A DNA stretch of 41,504 nucleotides from Planctomycetes bacterium GWC2_45_44 (GCA_001824555.1 MHXU01000133.1:1-41504); one strand, 5' to 3'. Counted from the stretch's first letter, positions 29,883 to 39,858 are shown. Numbers and translations: made by a program. The notes: generated by a model not told the origin, from the letters alone.

Positions 29883-30500
29883 ATGAAAATGAAGATAATT
29901 ATGATAGCTGTTTTACTTGCGGTTGGGGCGCAGGTGTATGCGGGTTCTATATGGGCCAAGAGAAATACAGAATTGCGTCATCCTTATACCGATGAGGTTG
30001 CCAGGAAGGTCGGCGATATACTGACGATAACGATAGCGGAAACGGCAAGTATAGAAAACAAGGTTGAAAACAAATTAAAAAACACAAACAGCAGCGGTAT
30101 CGAGTTTAACGGCGACCTGGGAATAACGACGGACAATCACAATCTTTTGCCGCGTATGCCCGGAGTTAATCTTTCGACATCTTCAAACAGGCAGATGGAT
30201 GGCTCGGCGGATTTTAAGGATAATCGAAAGTTCACGGATGAAATCGCCGTTGTGGTGGAAGACGTGATGCCGAACGGGAATTTAGTTGTTGTCGGCAGCA
30301 GGTTTAGAGAAGTTGCCGGCGATATTCAGGAAATACGCGTGAACGGCATAATAAGGCCGACCGATATTTCGTTTGAAAATAAAATAAGCAGTCAGAAAGT
30401 AGCTAACTTCCAGATGGTGTTCACGAATAAGGGGCCAAGCGAAACCTATAATAAGCCCGGCTGGCTAAGCAACGTTTTCAATGTAGTCTGGCCGTTTTAA
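29883..30500 (+). CDS. flgH: Flagellar L-ring protein FlgH
   Basis: DEVARKVGDILTITIAE, VEDVMPNGNLVVVG, GIIRPTDI..N.ISSQKVAN and PGWL....WPF. The ATG at 29883 is preferred. Confidence 0.92.
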   Translation: MKMKIIMIAVLLAVGAQVYAGSIWAKRNTELRHPYTDEVARKVGDILTITIAETASIENKVENKLKNTNSSGIEFNGDLGITTDNHNLLPRMPGVNLSTSSNRQMDGSADFKDNRKFTDEIAVVVEDVMPNGNLVVVGSRFREVAGDIQEIRVNGIIRPTDISFENKISSQKVANFQMVFTNKGPSETYNKPGWLSNVFNVVWPF

Positions 30501-30515
30501 AAAACGCGGTGAAAC

Positions 30516-31622
30516 TTGAAATATAAAATAAAAATAATTCTGTTCGTTGTTTTAGTTTTTGCGGCTGTTTGTGTTGCTGAAAGAATTAAGGATATCGCAG
30601 ATATTGGCGGTGTTCGGGGTAACCCGCTTACCGGCGTTGGTCTTATAACCGGCCTTGCGGGTACGGGCGATGAGACGACGCCTTCGCAAAGAATGCTCGA
30701 AAATATTCTCCGTCAAAGCGGTTTGGTCCTCGACAATATCGACATAAAGGGCGGCAGTATCGCGATTGTTATGGTAACGGCGAATCTTGGTCCGTTTGAC
30801 AGACCTGGTGCAAGGCTTGATATTGACGTTTCCAGCGTCGGCGATGCCGAGAGTTTGCAGGGCGGAATACTGATGCCTACGCCATTGAAAGGTCTTGACG
30901 GACAGGTTTATGCCGTGGCGAACGGCGCGGTAACGCTGGGCGGCTGGGGAGCGGGCGGCAATAACGCTTCAATCAAGAAAAATCATCTTACGGTCGGAAC
31001 TATTCCAAACGGAGCGATTGTGGAGCGCGAGGAAATTTCGGAATTCATCGACAGGCTGGGCGGAAAGAGAAGTTTCAGTTTTGTTTTGCGATATGGCGAT
31101 TTTACAACGGCCGAGAGAATCGGCGCGGTTGTAAATAATAATTTCGCCAACTGCGCGACTGTCGTTGACGCGGGAAATATAAAGGTAAATATACCTGATA
31201 ATATCGCTGAAAACGAAATTCCGAAATTTATCGACCAGCTTACGAGATTAGAAGTTACGGTTGACGTGCCTGCGGTTGTGGTGATTAACGAAAAGACAGG
31301 CACTATCGTGGTCGGCGAAAATGTCGGCATTTCGGCAGTGGCGATATCGCAAGGCAGTCTGGTGGTTAAGGTAAAGGAGACGGCCAATGTATTTCAGCCG
31401 ACGGCATCGTTTTCCGATGCGGGTACGACCCAGAAGGTTGATGAAACATTGTTGAGCGTTAAGGAAGAGCCGGGATACTTAGTTCCGGTTAAGAAAACCG
31501 TAACGGTTGCCGAACTTGCCAAGACACTTAACGCTATCGGGGCAACGCCGACGGATTTGGTGGCGATATTTAACGCTCTCAAGAGAGCGGGCGCTCTGCA
31601 GGCGAAATTGGAAATAATGTAA
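30516..31622 (+). CDS. flgI: Flagellar P-ring protein FlgI
   Basis: RIKDIA...GVRGNPL.G.GLI.GLAGTGD, VVINEKTGTIVVG and LKRAGALQA. TTG start. Confidence 0.95.
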   Translation: MKYKIKIILFVVLVFAAVCVAERIKDIADIGGVRGNPLTGVGLITGLAGTGDETTPSQRMLENILRQSGLVLDNIDIKGGSIAIVMVTANLGPFDRPGARLDIDVSSVGDAESLQGGILMPTPLKGLDGQVYAVANGAVTLGGWGAGGNNASIKKNHLTVGTIPNGAIVEREEISEFIDRLGGKRSFSFVLRYGDFTTAERIGAVVNNNFANCATVVDAGNIKVNIPDNIAENEIPKFIDQLTRLEVTVDVPAVVVINEKTGTIVVGENVGISAVAISQGSLVVKVKETANVFQPTASFSDAGTTQKVDETLLSVKEEPGYLVPVKKTVTVAELAKTLNAIGATPTDLVAIFNALKRAGALQAKLEIM

Positions 31623-31629
31623 AATTTTA

Positions 31630-31790
31630 AATAAACAGCGTGGGCTAAGAGCCCACCCTACAAAACTGGGATTGCCACGCTACGTCCTGCTCCGCAGGAC
31701 TTTGCTCGCAATGACAAATGGCATTTTTAGAGATTGCCTTTAATAAACAGCGCGGGCTAAAGCCCGCCCTACAAAACTGGAAATAATGCA
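31630..31790. repeat. REP-like insertion between flgI and flgJ
   Basis: Two copies of AATAAACAGCGYGGGCTAA(G)AGCCCRCCCTACAAAACTGG surrounding GATTGCCACG...CTCGCAATGAC and TTTTTAGAGATTGCCTT. Confidence 0.8.
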
Positions 31791-31799
31791 GGCGAGAAA

Positions 31800-32144
31800 A
31801 TGGAAAGCATAGACCTGATTAATAATTTGCAGCCGGTGTCGGCGAAAGTAAGTCTGGAAGTCGGCGGCGCAAATAAGATTGCGCAGCAGAAGACTGAAAA
31901 GTTTTGCAAGGATTTTGAAGCGATATTTATTACCCGACTTCTTGACGAAATGAAAGAGACAATCGGCGACTGGGGCGGCGAGCAGGACGGAGCGGCCAAG
32001 CAGACGCAGGGACTTTTTTGGATGTATCTTGCGCAGGATATGGGTGACAAGGGCGGATTCGGACTTTGGAAACAGATGTATAATCAGCTTGCCGGCGGCG
32101 AATCGGCGTTGGTGCAGAAACAGAAAATAGAGGTCGAAATCTGA
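31800..32144 (+). CDS. flgJ: FlgJ-like rod-binding protein (no muramidase domain)
   Basis: CKDFEAIFITRLLDEMKETI and GGFGL..QMYNQL. Follows flgI. Confidence 0.8.
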   Translation: MESIDLINNLQPVSAKVSLEVGGANKIAQQKTEKFCKDFEAIFITRLLDEMKETIGDWGGEQDGAAKQTQGLFWMYLAQDMGDKGGFGLWKQMYNQLAGGESALVQKQKIEVEI

Positions 32145-32145
32145 T

Positions 32146-32655
32146 ATGGAAAAACAAATTGAAAACGATATTGCCGAGATGCTCGAAATACTCGACGCGG
32201 ATATAGTCAATACTGAAAGCGATATTAACATTCTTAACGAGTTGCGGGGGTATCTTGTGTCGCGCGATGAAAAGAATATGGTGCGGCTGCTCTATGCGGT
32301 TCGTTCCATAATACAAAACAGGCAGGATAATCAGGCGAAAAGATTTAATGCCCGCAGGAAGCTGGCGCAATCGCTGGGCTGTGCGGTCGAGAAACTGACT
32401 CTCTCGAAATTATGCGATTATATCGAAGAGCCTTTCAAAACGGCGATGGCGGAAAGAAGAAGCACGCTGATACAGATGGTCGAGCGGTTTAAGACGGAAT
32501 ACGAAGCGACGGTATTTCTTCTTTCGGACTGCGCAAGATTTAATTCGCTGCTGCTGAAAAGTCTTGTCGGTATCGGCTCGGCTGAATCGACTACCTATAA
32601 ACCCGGAAAAGTCAACAGAGTTGATAACGCTGCTTTCATAAATATGCAGTATTAG
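32146..32655 (+). CDS. flgN: FlgN-like flagellar export chaperone
   Basis: Helical 169-aa protein with LAQSLG....LTLSKL and a TYKP C-terminal motif. Lies between flgJ and flgK. Confidence 0.65.
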   Translation: MEKQIENDIAEMLEILDADIVNTESDINILNELRGYLVSRDEKNMVRLLYAVRSIIQNRQDNQAKRFNARRKLAQSLGCAVEKLTLSKLCDYIEEPFKTAMAERRSTLIQMVERFKTEYEATVFLLSDCARFNSLLLKSLVGIGSAESTTYKPGKVNRVDNAAFINMQY

Positions 32656-32664
32656 GAAAGAAAT

Positions 32665-34623
32665 ATGTCGGATTATTCGATAGCATTATCGGGATTGAAC
32701 GCTGCCCAGCGGGCTTTGACCACTGTCGGCAACAATATAGCCAATGCGGCGACCGAAGGCTATCATCGCCAGAAGGTAAATCTTACGCCTGCCTATTCCT
32801 CACAGCAGGGTTCGACTCTTATCGGCGGCGGCGTCGATGTCGCAAATGTCGTAAGGCTGATGGACGATCTGCTCGAAGCGGAAATAAACCGTCAGCAATC
32901 CGCCCTTAATCAGACCAGTCAGGAACTCGCTACGCTGCAAACGGTTGAAAATGTATTCGGCGAAAGTCTTGCTGATGATTCCGGATTAAGCGCAGCGATA
33001 GATAACTTTTTTAGTTCGCTGCAGGACCTTACGCTGTATCCGGCAGAATCAATCTGGCAGAATCAGGTGGTCAGCAGCGCAGAGTCGCTGGCGGACAGGT
33101 TCAGGTCTGTCAGAAGTTTTCTTTCGACATTAGACGAACAACTGCGAGTTCAGATAGATTCAACCGTGGAGGCGGTTAACACTCTGTCGGGACAGATTGC
33201 GGAGCTTAATGAGAGCATACAGCGAATAGAAATTGCCGGAGGCAGCGCGGGAAATCTTTGCGACGCGAGAGATAATTATATCGCTCAACTGTCCGAATTT
33301 GTCGGAACGCAGAAACAAAACGGAGAATATGGAGCGGTCAGCGTTGTCGTCGGCTCGATGGCGGTGGTAATAGATTCTTCGGCGTTCGAGATAACCGCGA
33401 GCATTGATGGAAACGGCGATTACGGAATTGCTATGGGCGATTCGAATGAATACGCGGCTGTTTCGGGAGGAGAGCTGGGAGCTCTGCTTAATCTGAAGAA
33501 TAATATTTTGCCACAAATTTCTGAAAGTTTCGATACGCTGGCACAAACTATTATTCAGAAGGTCAACGATATTCACGTTCAGGGCTGCGGCGATTTCGGG
33601 TCATTTACCGAACTTACCGGCGGCGTAATGGATGCCGGAACACTGGAGGATATATCGTCAGACATTGCTGATGGAGATTTTTATATCAGGCTTACCGATT
33701 CTGCCGGGCAGATTACACGGCATAAAATTTCGGTCGATGCTTCTGTGGATACGATGCAAACCATTGCCGATAAAATTTCATTGATTGGCAATTTAGACGC
33801 TGATGTGATAGACGGCAAACTTGTTATGCAGGCTGACAGCGGATACGAATTTGATTTTATGCCTGCTGTGCTGCCAGAGGCCGAGGAAATAGATTTTAAC
33901 GGTTCGTCTGTACCGAGTGTTTCTGTTTCGGGTCTGTTCGGCGGCGACGCTAACGATGTTTTGATATTTACGGTTGCCGGGTCGGACGCTGTCGGCAACG
34001 GCAGTCTTCAGCTTGTTGTTAAAAACGGCAGCGGCCAGACAATCGCCAATCTTAACATCGGCAGCGGTTATGCGGCGGGCGACAAGCTCGATGTCGGAAA
34101 CGGAATATATGTCGCTTTAACCAGCGGTGATTTGGTTGCCGGCGATAGTTTCGAGGCGAGTGTTTTTGCGGATACCGACACCAGCGGATTTCTGGCTGCG
34201 GCTGGAATGAATACGTTCTTCTCCGGCACATCTGCTGCCGATATGGAAGTTTGCGATAGTATTATCGAAAGGCCGGACAAAATCGCCGCGGCAGCCGGCG
34301 GAGATTTTGCCGACAACAGCGCTATCGTCAAACTTGCAGCGCTGAACGATGAAGAATTCGTGGAAATGGATAATCTTTCATTCAGAGAGTATTACAGCAA
34401 AATGGTTACCGGTATCGGTCAGGATATCACGACTAACCAGACAAAACAGTCGAGTCTCGAACTAATGGTGCAGAATTTAAGCAGCAGGCAGAGCGAGATA
34501 AGCGGAGTTGATGTCAATCAGGAAGCGGCGCAGATGCTTATCTTCGAGCAGATGTATCAGGCGATGGCGAAATATCTCGCTACGCAGCAGACATTAATGA
34601 CTACATTAATGGATACAGTATAA
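32665..34623 (+). CDS. flgK: Flagellar hook-associated protein 1 FlgK
   Basis: IALSGLNAAQRAL.TVGNNIANAATEGYHRQ and ISGVDVNQEAAQMLIFEQMYQA. Confidence 0.95.
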   Translation: MSDYSIALSGLNAAQRALTTVGNNIANAATEGYHRQKVNLTPAYSSQQGSTLIGGGVDVANVVRLMDDLLEAEINRQQSALNQTSQELATLQTVENVFGESLADDSGLSAAIDNFFSSLQDLTLYPAESIWQNQVVSSAESLADRFRSVRSFLSTLDEQLRVQIDSTVEAVNTLSGQIAELNESIQRIEIAGGSAGNLCDARDNYIAQLSEFVGTQKQNGEYGAVSVVVGSMAVVIDSSAFEITASIDGNGDYGIAMGDSNEYAAVSGGELGALLNLKNNILPQISESFDTLAQTIIQKVNDIHVQGCGDFGSFTELTGGVMDAGTLEDISSDIADGDFYIRLTDSAGQITRHKISVDASVDTMQTIADKISLIGNLDADVIDGKLVMQADSGYEFDFMPAVLPEAEEIDFNGSSVPSVSVSGLFGGDANDVLIFTVAGSDAVGNGSLQLVVKNGSGQTIANLNIGSGYAAGDKLDVGNGIYVALTSGDLVAGDSFEASVFADTDTSGFLAAAGMNTFFSGTSAADMEVCDSIIERPDKIAAAAGGDFADNSAIVKLAALNDEEFVEMDNLSFREYYSKMVTGIGQDITTNQTKQSSLELMVQNLSSRQSEISGVDVNQEAAQMLIFEQMYQAMAKYLATQQTLMTTLMDTV

Positions 34624-34643
34624 AACTTACGAAAGGCGGAATT

Positions 34644-35822
34644 ATGGGCGGTTCGCTCACGAGTATATATAACAATGTAAGCTTCGCGCTGAATATGCAT
34701 ACCGCGGCGATGACAAAACTTCAGGAGCAAACGGCGACCGGCTCAAGAATCAATCGGATTTCGGACGACCCATCGTCGGCGTATCAGGTACTCGGACTGA
34801 ACAGTCAGACAAGATACCTGCAAAATTATCTCGATAACATCGCGCAGACAAGCGATACTCTCGGCGTTGTGTCAAATGTGCTGGGTAATATGACTTCTTC
34901 GATAACGAAGGTTCAAACGGATTTGACGCAGATTTCCAGCGGCACTTATTCGCAGGACAGCAGGGAGAGACTGGCCGAGGGAATAAATGACGTTCTGGAA
35001 CAGATGGTTTCGCTGGCGAATACGAGGAGTATGAACCAGTATGTTTTTTCCGGCGGCAAAACGACGGAGCCTTATGCCGTTACGAGAAGCAACGATGAGA
35101 TTACGAGCGTTTCATATCAGGGGGCGAGTCAGTCGCAAAACATAGAAGTATCGCAGTCTGTACAGGCTACGCTGCTGTATGCCGGCGAAGATTTATTCTC
35201 AAGCAGCAGCAGGTCTGCGCCGGTTTTCTACGGCGATACCGGAGCGGCGAACGGCAGCGGAACTTCAAACGTCAAAGGAGACGTATGGCTTACGGTAACT
35301 GGCAGTCCGGGAAGTTATAAACTTTCAATCGACGGCGGAGCTACCGAATGGGACGTAACGGGCGATATAAGCAATGTGGCTGTGAGCAATGCCGACGGCG
35401 AGGTTCTTTATGTTGACGCGACGAATATAACTTCAACAGGCACAAATCTTGTTCGTGTTCCGGGAACTTACGATATTTTCAGCAGTCTTATCAGTATCAG
35501 GGATATACTGAAAAATACGCAGAATCTTTCTGATGAACAACTGAAGGAGTTCAGAGGGGTTATTACTCAATCGCTTGATGAAATAAACAGCCAACTTACT
35601 AACAAGCAGACTTTAGTCGGTTCAAAAATAGGTTTTCTTGAAGACCTCAAGGAAAGCCTTGAAAACGTAAAACTCAATACCGAAGACCAGGCAACGGCCA
35701 TTGAACAGGCTGATGTTGCACAAATCGCGATAGAACTTTCGATGAGAGAGATACTTTATCAGATGTCCCTGTCGGTTACGGGAAAACTTATGTCGGTTTC
35801 ACTGCTGGATTTTATAGAATAA
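34644..35822 (+). CDS. flgL: Flagellar hook-associated protein 3 FlgL
   Basis: LQEQTATGSRINRISDDP, LANT....YVFSG and the C-terminal SLLDFI. Confidence 0.93.
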   Translation: MGGSLTSIYNNVSFALNMHTAAMTKLQEQTATGSRINRISDDPSSAYQVLGLNSQTRYLQNYLDNIAQTSDTLGVVSNVLGNMTSSITKVQTDLTQISSGTYSQDSRERLAEGINDVLEQMVSLANTRSMNQYVFSGGKTTEPYAVTRSNDEITSVSYQGASQSQNIEVSQSVQATLLYAGEDLFSSSSRSAPVFYGDTGAANGSGTSNVKGDVWLTVTGSPGSYKLSIDGGATEWDVTGDISNVAVSNADGEVLYVDATNITSTGTNLVRVPGTYDIFSSLISIRDILKNTQNLSDEQLKEFRGVITQSLDEINSQLTNKQTLVGSKIGFLEDLKESLENVKLNTEDQATAIEQADVAQIAIELSMREILYQMSLSVTGKLMSVSLLDFIE

Positions 35823-35861
35823 ATTTCTCGCCGAGCAATTATTTAAAAGGAGTTTGAATCA

Positions 35862-37343
35862 ATGGACTTTCATACAGATGGACGGAATTATCAGGACGCG
35901 TTAAAACTTGCCGAGCAGGGCGATTATGGGCAGGCTTTTGAATGTATCGAAAATTATCTGCGAAACGATTCGGGCAATCCAGAAATATGGAATGATGCCG
36001 GCGCGATTCTTCATTGTCTTGGAAGGACAGACCAGGCGATAGAATATTTTAACAAAGCAAACGCGCTGAAGCCGAACAACGCGGAGGTATTAAGCAATCT
36101 TGCCGAGGCGTATCTTGCGGTGCAAAGGCCGGGGCAGGCGGCGGAATTGTTTGCCCAGATGCAGAATATCGGAATGCTGAATCCCGATTTGATAAACAGA
36201 ACGGCGACGGCTCTGCTGGATAGTAATGATAAGGCCTGCGCTACAGAGGTTCTTCTGCAATCGCTTGCGATGTGGCCGCAGCAGCAGGTTTTAAAACCGA
36301 TGCTCGATGTGATTCGTTCAAAGAGGCCGAGGATAGCGTTTTTCTGCGGCGGCGATGGTATGAATTTTTTGCAGGAGATAATTGAGTTTGCCAAAAAGAG
36401 ATTCAATGTGCGCGTCTTTGAGGGCAAAACCGAGGACGAGCTTTATGAACTGATGCAGTGGAGCGATATATCGTGGTTTGAATGGTGTACGAATCTGGCC
36501 GCTATAGGGTCAAATAAGCCGAAGGTCTGCAAAATGATTGTGAGGCTGCATCGATATGAGGCATACGGCAACTGGCCTTCGCAGGTGAACTGGCGGAATG
36601 TTGACACGCTGATAACGATAGGCAATCCTGTGGTTGCGCAGACGCTGACAGCAAGGACGCCTGGCATTGCGGAAATGACAAATATCGTTTCGATACCAAA
36701 TGGCGTGAATCTGGAAAAATTCAAATTTATTGACAGAAGAAAAGGGAAGAACATAGCGTTTCTGGCCAACTTGAGAATGGTAAAAAATCCCGCGTTTCTT
36801 ATTCAATGTATGCAGAAGCTGAATTATATCGACAGGGAATACAAACTGTTTATCGCGGGCAATGTTGTTGAGCCGGAGCTTGAGCAGTATTTGAGGCATA
36901 TTGTCAAAGCTCTTAATTTGCAGGATGCGGTGGTTTTTGAGCCGTTCCAGCGTGATGTTTTCGGCTGGCTGTGCGATAAGCATTATATCGTTTCGACCAG
37001 TATTATCGAAGGCCTGCCGATGTGCATTCTTGAAGGTATGGCAACCGGCCTTAAACCCGTAATTCATAATTATCCCGGCGCAGAGGGCGTGTTCCCGAAG
37101 GAATTTTTGTTTGATATAGCCGAGCAGTTCTGCGAACAGATTTTGTCGCAGGATTATGAGCCTGCCAAATACCGCAAATGCGTGGAAGAAAAATATTCAT
37201 TGGTTAGTCAGCTTGGACAGGTGAATCGGATATTTATGGATTTCGAGAAACAGATAGACAGCGATAAAAATAATAGTATGTCTGGGAATATCAGCTTTGT
37301 AAGAAATATACAGCCTGTAATGGAAACAAGTTTTGCTTCCTGA
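35862..37343 (+). CDS. TPR-containing GT-B (family 4-like) glycosyltransferase
   Basis: N-terminal TPRs (WNDAGAILHCLGR..QAIEYF..A), then IPNGVNLEKF and the EX7E motif STSIIEGLPMCILEGMATGLKPV. Confidence 0.88.
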   Translation: MDFHTDGRNYQDALKLAEQGDYGQAFECIENYLRNDSGNPEIWNDAGAILHCLGRTDQAIEYFNKANALKPNNAEVLSNLAEAYLAVQRPGQAAELFAQMQNIGMLNPDLINRTATALLDSNDKACATEVLLQSLAMWPQQQVLKPMLDVIRSKRPRIAFFCGGDGMNFLQEIIEFAKKRFNVRVFEGKTEDELYELMQWSDISWFEWCTNLAAIGSNKPKVCKMIVRLHRYEAYGNWPSQVNWRNVDTLITIGNPVVAQTLTARTPGIAEMTNIVSIPNGVNLEKFKFIDRRKGKNIAFLANLRMVKNPAFLIQCMQKLNYIDREYKLFIAGNVVEPELEQYLRHIVKALNLQDAVVFEPFQRDVFGWLCDKHYIVSTSIIEGLPMCILEGMATGLKPVIHNYPGAEGVFPKEFLFDIAEQFCEQILSQDYEPAKYRKCVEEKYSLVSQLGQVNRIFMDFEKQIDSDKNNSMSGNISFVRNIQPVMETSFAS

Positions 37344-37355
37344 CAAAAATGATTT

Positions 37356-38903
37356 ATGAAAACCGGCCCGCTTGTAAGCATATTGATTCCGACATATAAC
37401 CGCACGGGGTATCTGCCCGGTGCGATTAGGAGCGCTCTGTCGCAGGATTACTCAAACATCGAAGTTATCGTTATGAGGGACGGCGGCCGAAAAATAAATG
37501 ACGTAATCGAATCTTTCAGAGACCATCGCCTTGTTTTTATTGACAGAGATGAAAATCGCGGCAAGCCTTATACGCTTAATTATGGGCTTGGTTTGGCAAA
37601 AGGCAAATATATTTGTTATCTCGATGACGACGATATTTTGTATCCCAACCACGTCAGTACGCTGCTTGAAATTCTCGAAACAAAAACAGACTGCCTCGCG
37701 GCGTACAGCGATTTGTACAGAGTATATTGCAGGAATTCCGCCGACGGCGAACGGTTTGTTTTGAGTAAAGTCCTTGAAATAAGCAGAGATTTCGACAGAG
37801 CAATGATGCTGCATTATAATCACGTTCTGCATATAAGTATGATGCACAGAAAAGATTTGCTTGAAAAAACGGGGTTGTACAACGAGAGCCTGAACATTCT
37901 GATTGACTGGGATTTATTTCGCAGAATGGTTTTCTTTACCGATTTTTATCACGCGAAAACCATCACCGGCGAATTCTACAGCCCGATAAAGGACAGCGAC
38001 CAGATATCGGTCAAAAACAGAAGAGACCCGCAGGAATATCTTCGTAATGTGATGACGATTCGCACTGCCAGACCGGCTAAACCGTGGTCGAAGATAAAAG
38101 ACCTGGCGATAATTCTCGATGCCGCCGAATTGACCCAGGCCGTCGGACAAAAGATAAAGGCAATATGGGAAACGACATCGTATCCCAATACGATTTACCT
38201 GCTTCTGTCTGGGCGGGATATCGGGAGATTAAATATCGATTTGCCGAATGTCGTGCCTGTCGAAGTCAGCGGCATTAGTTCGCAGCGGCGGATACAGTCG
38301 GCTTTGGCAAAATGCGATGCCGAATATATCGCGGTTGTGCCGGGTGAGTTCGCAATCAGTGAGTTCTGGGTTGAGGACTGTTTGAACGCGATAGATAAAA
38401 AACCGATGCTCAATGAAGTGTTTGAAATTGAAGGCTCGGATGAAAATTTATGGGCTGGAATTTTTGAAGAACGGACGCTTAAACATTTGGTTTCTGAAAG
38501 TCAGCAGGGAAGCCTGCTGGATAATGTTAAAAAAGCGGGCTTGAACATCCGCAAAATTCAGCCTGATGAGATTGCGTTTCAGTATGACCAGTTTTTGAGC
38601 AGGGCTCGGACGCTGATGCAGCAGAAAAATTTCGCAAAGGCCGCGGAACTTTTTGAATATATCGCCAAAAATTACGGCAACGAATTATGGATAAGCATTC
38701 TCGCGGCGCAGGCGCACTTGAAAAACGGAAATCTGCAAAGAGCAAGAGAAATAAGCGAACAGTTGAACAGGGTTTTTCCATCCGTTGAATCGCTTATAAC
38801 CGCGGCGCAAGCGGAAAAAGGATTTAAGAATTACGGCAGGGCGATTGAATTGTTCGGCAATGCTATTGAGATTATTGAAGGGAAACAACTGATATGGGCA
38901 TAG
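37356..38903 (+). CDS. GT-A (family 2) glycosyltransferase with a C-terminal TPR region
   Basis: PLVSILIPTYNR, SALSQDY..IEVIVMRDGG, YICYLDDDD (DxD motif) and IDWDLFRR, with helical TPR-like repeats at the C-terminus. Confidence 0.9.
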   Translation: MKTGPLVSILIPTYNRTGYLPGAIRSALSQDYSNIEVIVMRDGGRKINDVIESFRDHRLVFIDRDENRGKPYTLNYGLGLAKGKYICYLDDDDILYPNHVSTLLEILETKTDCLAAYSDLYRVYCRNSADGERFVLSKVLEISRDFDRAMMLHYNHVLHISMMHRKDLLEKTGLYNESLNILIDWDLFRRMVFFTDFYHAKTITGEFYSPIKDSDQISVKNRRDPQEYLRNVMTIRTARPAKPWSKIKDLAIILDAAELTQAVGQKIKAIWETTSYPNTIYLLLSGRDIGRLNIDLPNVVPVEVSGISSQRRIQSALAKCDAEYIAVVPGEFAISEFWVEDCLNAIDKKPMLNEVFEIEGSDENLWAGIFEERTLKHLVSESQQGSLLDNVKKAGLNIRKIQPDEIAFQYDQFLSRARTLMQQKNFAKAAELFEYIAKNYGNELWISILAAQAHLKNGNLQRAREISEQLNRVFPSVESLITAAQAEKGFKNYGRAIELFGNAIEIIEGKQLIWA

Positions 38904-39499
38904 ACATCGACAAACTTAACCAGCAGGCCAATACGACGCAGAGATATGAGGCCATGATAGAACTTGCGGATTGTCTGATTGCGACCGGCAAAGTCGATGA
39001 GGCGCAAAAGTATTACGAGCAGGCGGCGGTTGTCGCTCCCGATGAGGCGGCGCCATATATCGGTTTGGGCGTTTCGGCTTTTACGCGCGGTCAGTTTGAC
39101 GATGCCGAGAATGCCTTTAAAGTCGCCAAAAGACTTGCGCCAGATAACGCCAAAGCGTATTGCGGCCTTGCTATGACCGCTCAACAGAAAAATAATCCCG
39201 ATGCCGCGTTTGATTTTTATCTGAAATCATTGGAATTCGATGGCGACAATCTTACCGCTCTTTTGGGTATGTTTCAGATGTCCTGCAAAACAGGCTCGTT
39301 TTCAAAGGTTATTTATTATTTGGAAATTTATCTTAAATCGCATCCGAAAGATACATCGGTGATGTTTTCGCTCGCTGCTTTGTATATCAGGCAGGGACAG
39401 ATGGATAATTGCAGAACACTTTTAGAAAAAATTTTGTTGATTGAGCCGGGCAATAAGGATGCGGCGGCGTTAAAACAGGAAATCGAAAGAAATAAATAA
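38894..39499 (+). CDS. Tetratricopeptide repeat protein
   Basis: About five TPRs (e.g. AAPYIGLGVSAF..GQFDDAENAFKVA..LAPDNAKAYCGLA). Confidence 0.9.
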   Translation: MGIDIDKLNQQANTTQRYEAMIELADCLIATGKVDEAQKYYEQAAVVAPDEAAPYIGLGVSAFTRGQFDDAENAFKVAKRLAPDNAKAYCGLAMTAQQKNNPDAAFDFYLKSLEFDGDNLTALLGMFQMSCKTGSFSKVIYYLEIYLKSHPKDTSVMFSLAALYIRQGQMDNCRTLLEKILLIEPGNKDAAALKQEIERNK

Positions 39500-39533
39500 A
39501 ACTTTGTGCCTTTGTGTCTTTGTGGCTAAAAAA

Positions 39534-39806
39534 ATGAAAAACGAATTTGAAAATTTACAGCGGATTCTTGAGCAGCAAATCGCATTTGCGCAGCTTGGCA
39601 GAATTGACAGGGTTGATGCCTTGCTCAAACAGGCGGATTCCGCAATAGGCTCATTTGTTGGAGTTCGGGAATTGCCGGCGAATATAAATCGGCTTTATAA
39701 CGAGCTTTGCCTGATTTTAAAGGCCAATATGGCCGGCATAGAAACAGCGATGAAGCAGTCGAAGAAAAACAAATTAGCGGCCAGAACTTATCGCAGAAAC
39801 GGCTAA
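39534..39806 (+). CDS. Small helical protein, possibly FliT/FlgN-like
   Basis: 90 aa from the ATG at 39534 (the upstream TTG lies inside an 8-mer repeat). Coiled-coil pattern and a C-terminal AARTY. Function suggested by context only. Confidence 0.5.
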   Translation: MKNEFENLQRILEQQIAFAQLGRIDRVDALLKQADSAIGSFVGVRELPANINRLYNELCLILKANMAGIETAMKQSKKNKLAARTYRRNG

Positions 39807-39858
39807 GTAATGGATTTATGACTTGCCGTGTTTTAGCGGTTAATATCAGGACGGAACA

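Noticed and set aside
31800-32144. FlgJ as a truncated pseudogene
   Set aside because: Single-domain rod-binding FlgJ without a muramidase domain is common outside the beta/gamma-proteobacteria, and the ORF is intact and coupled to the next gene.
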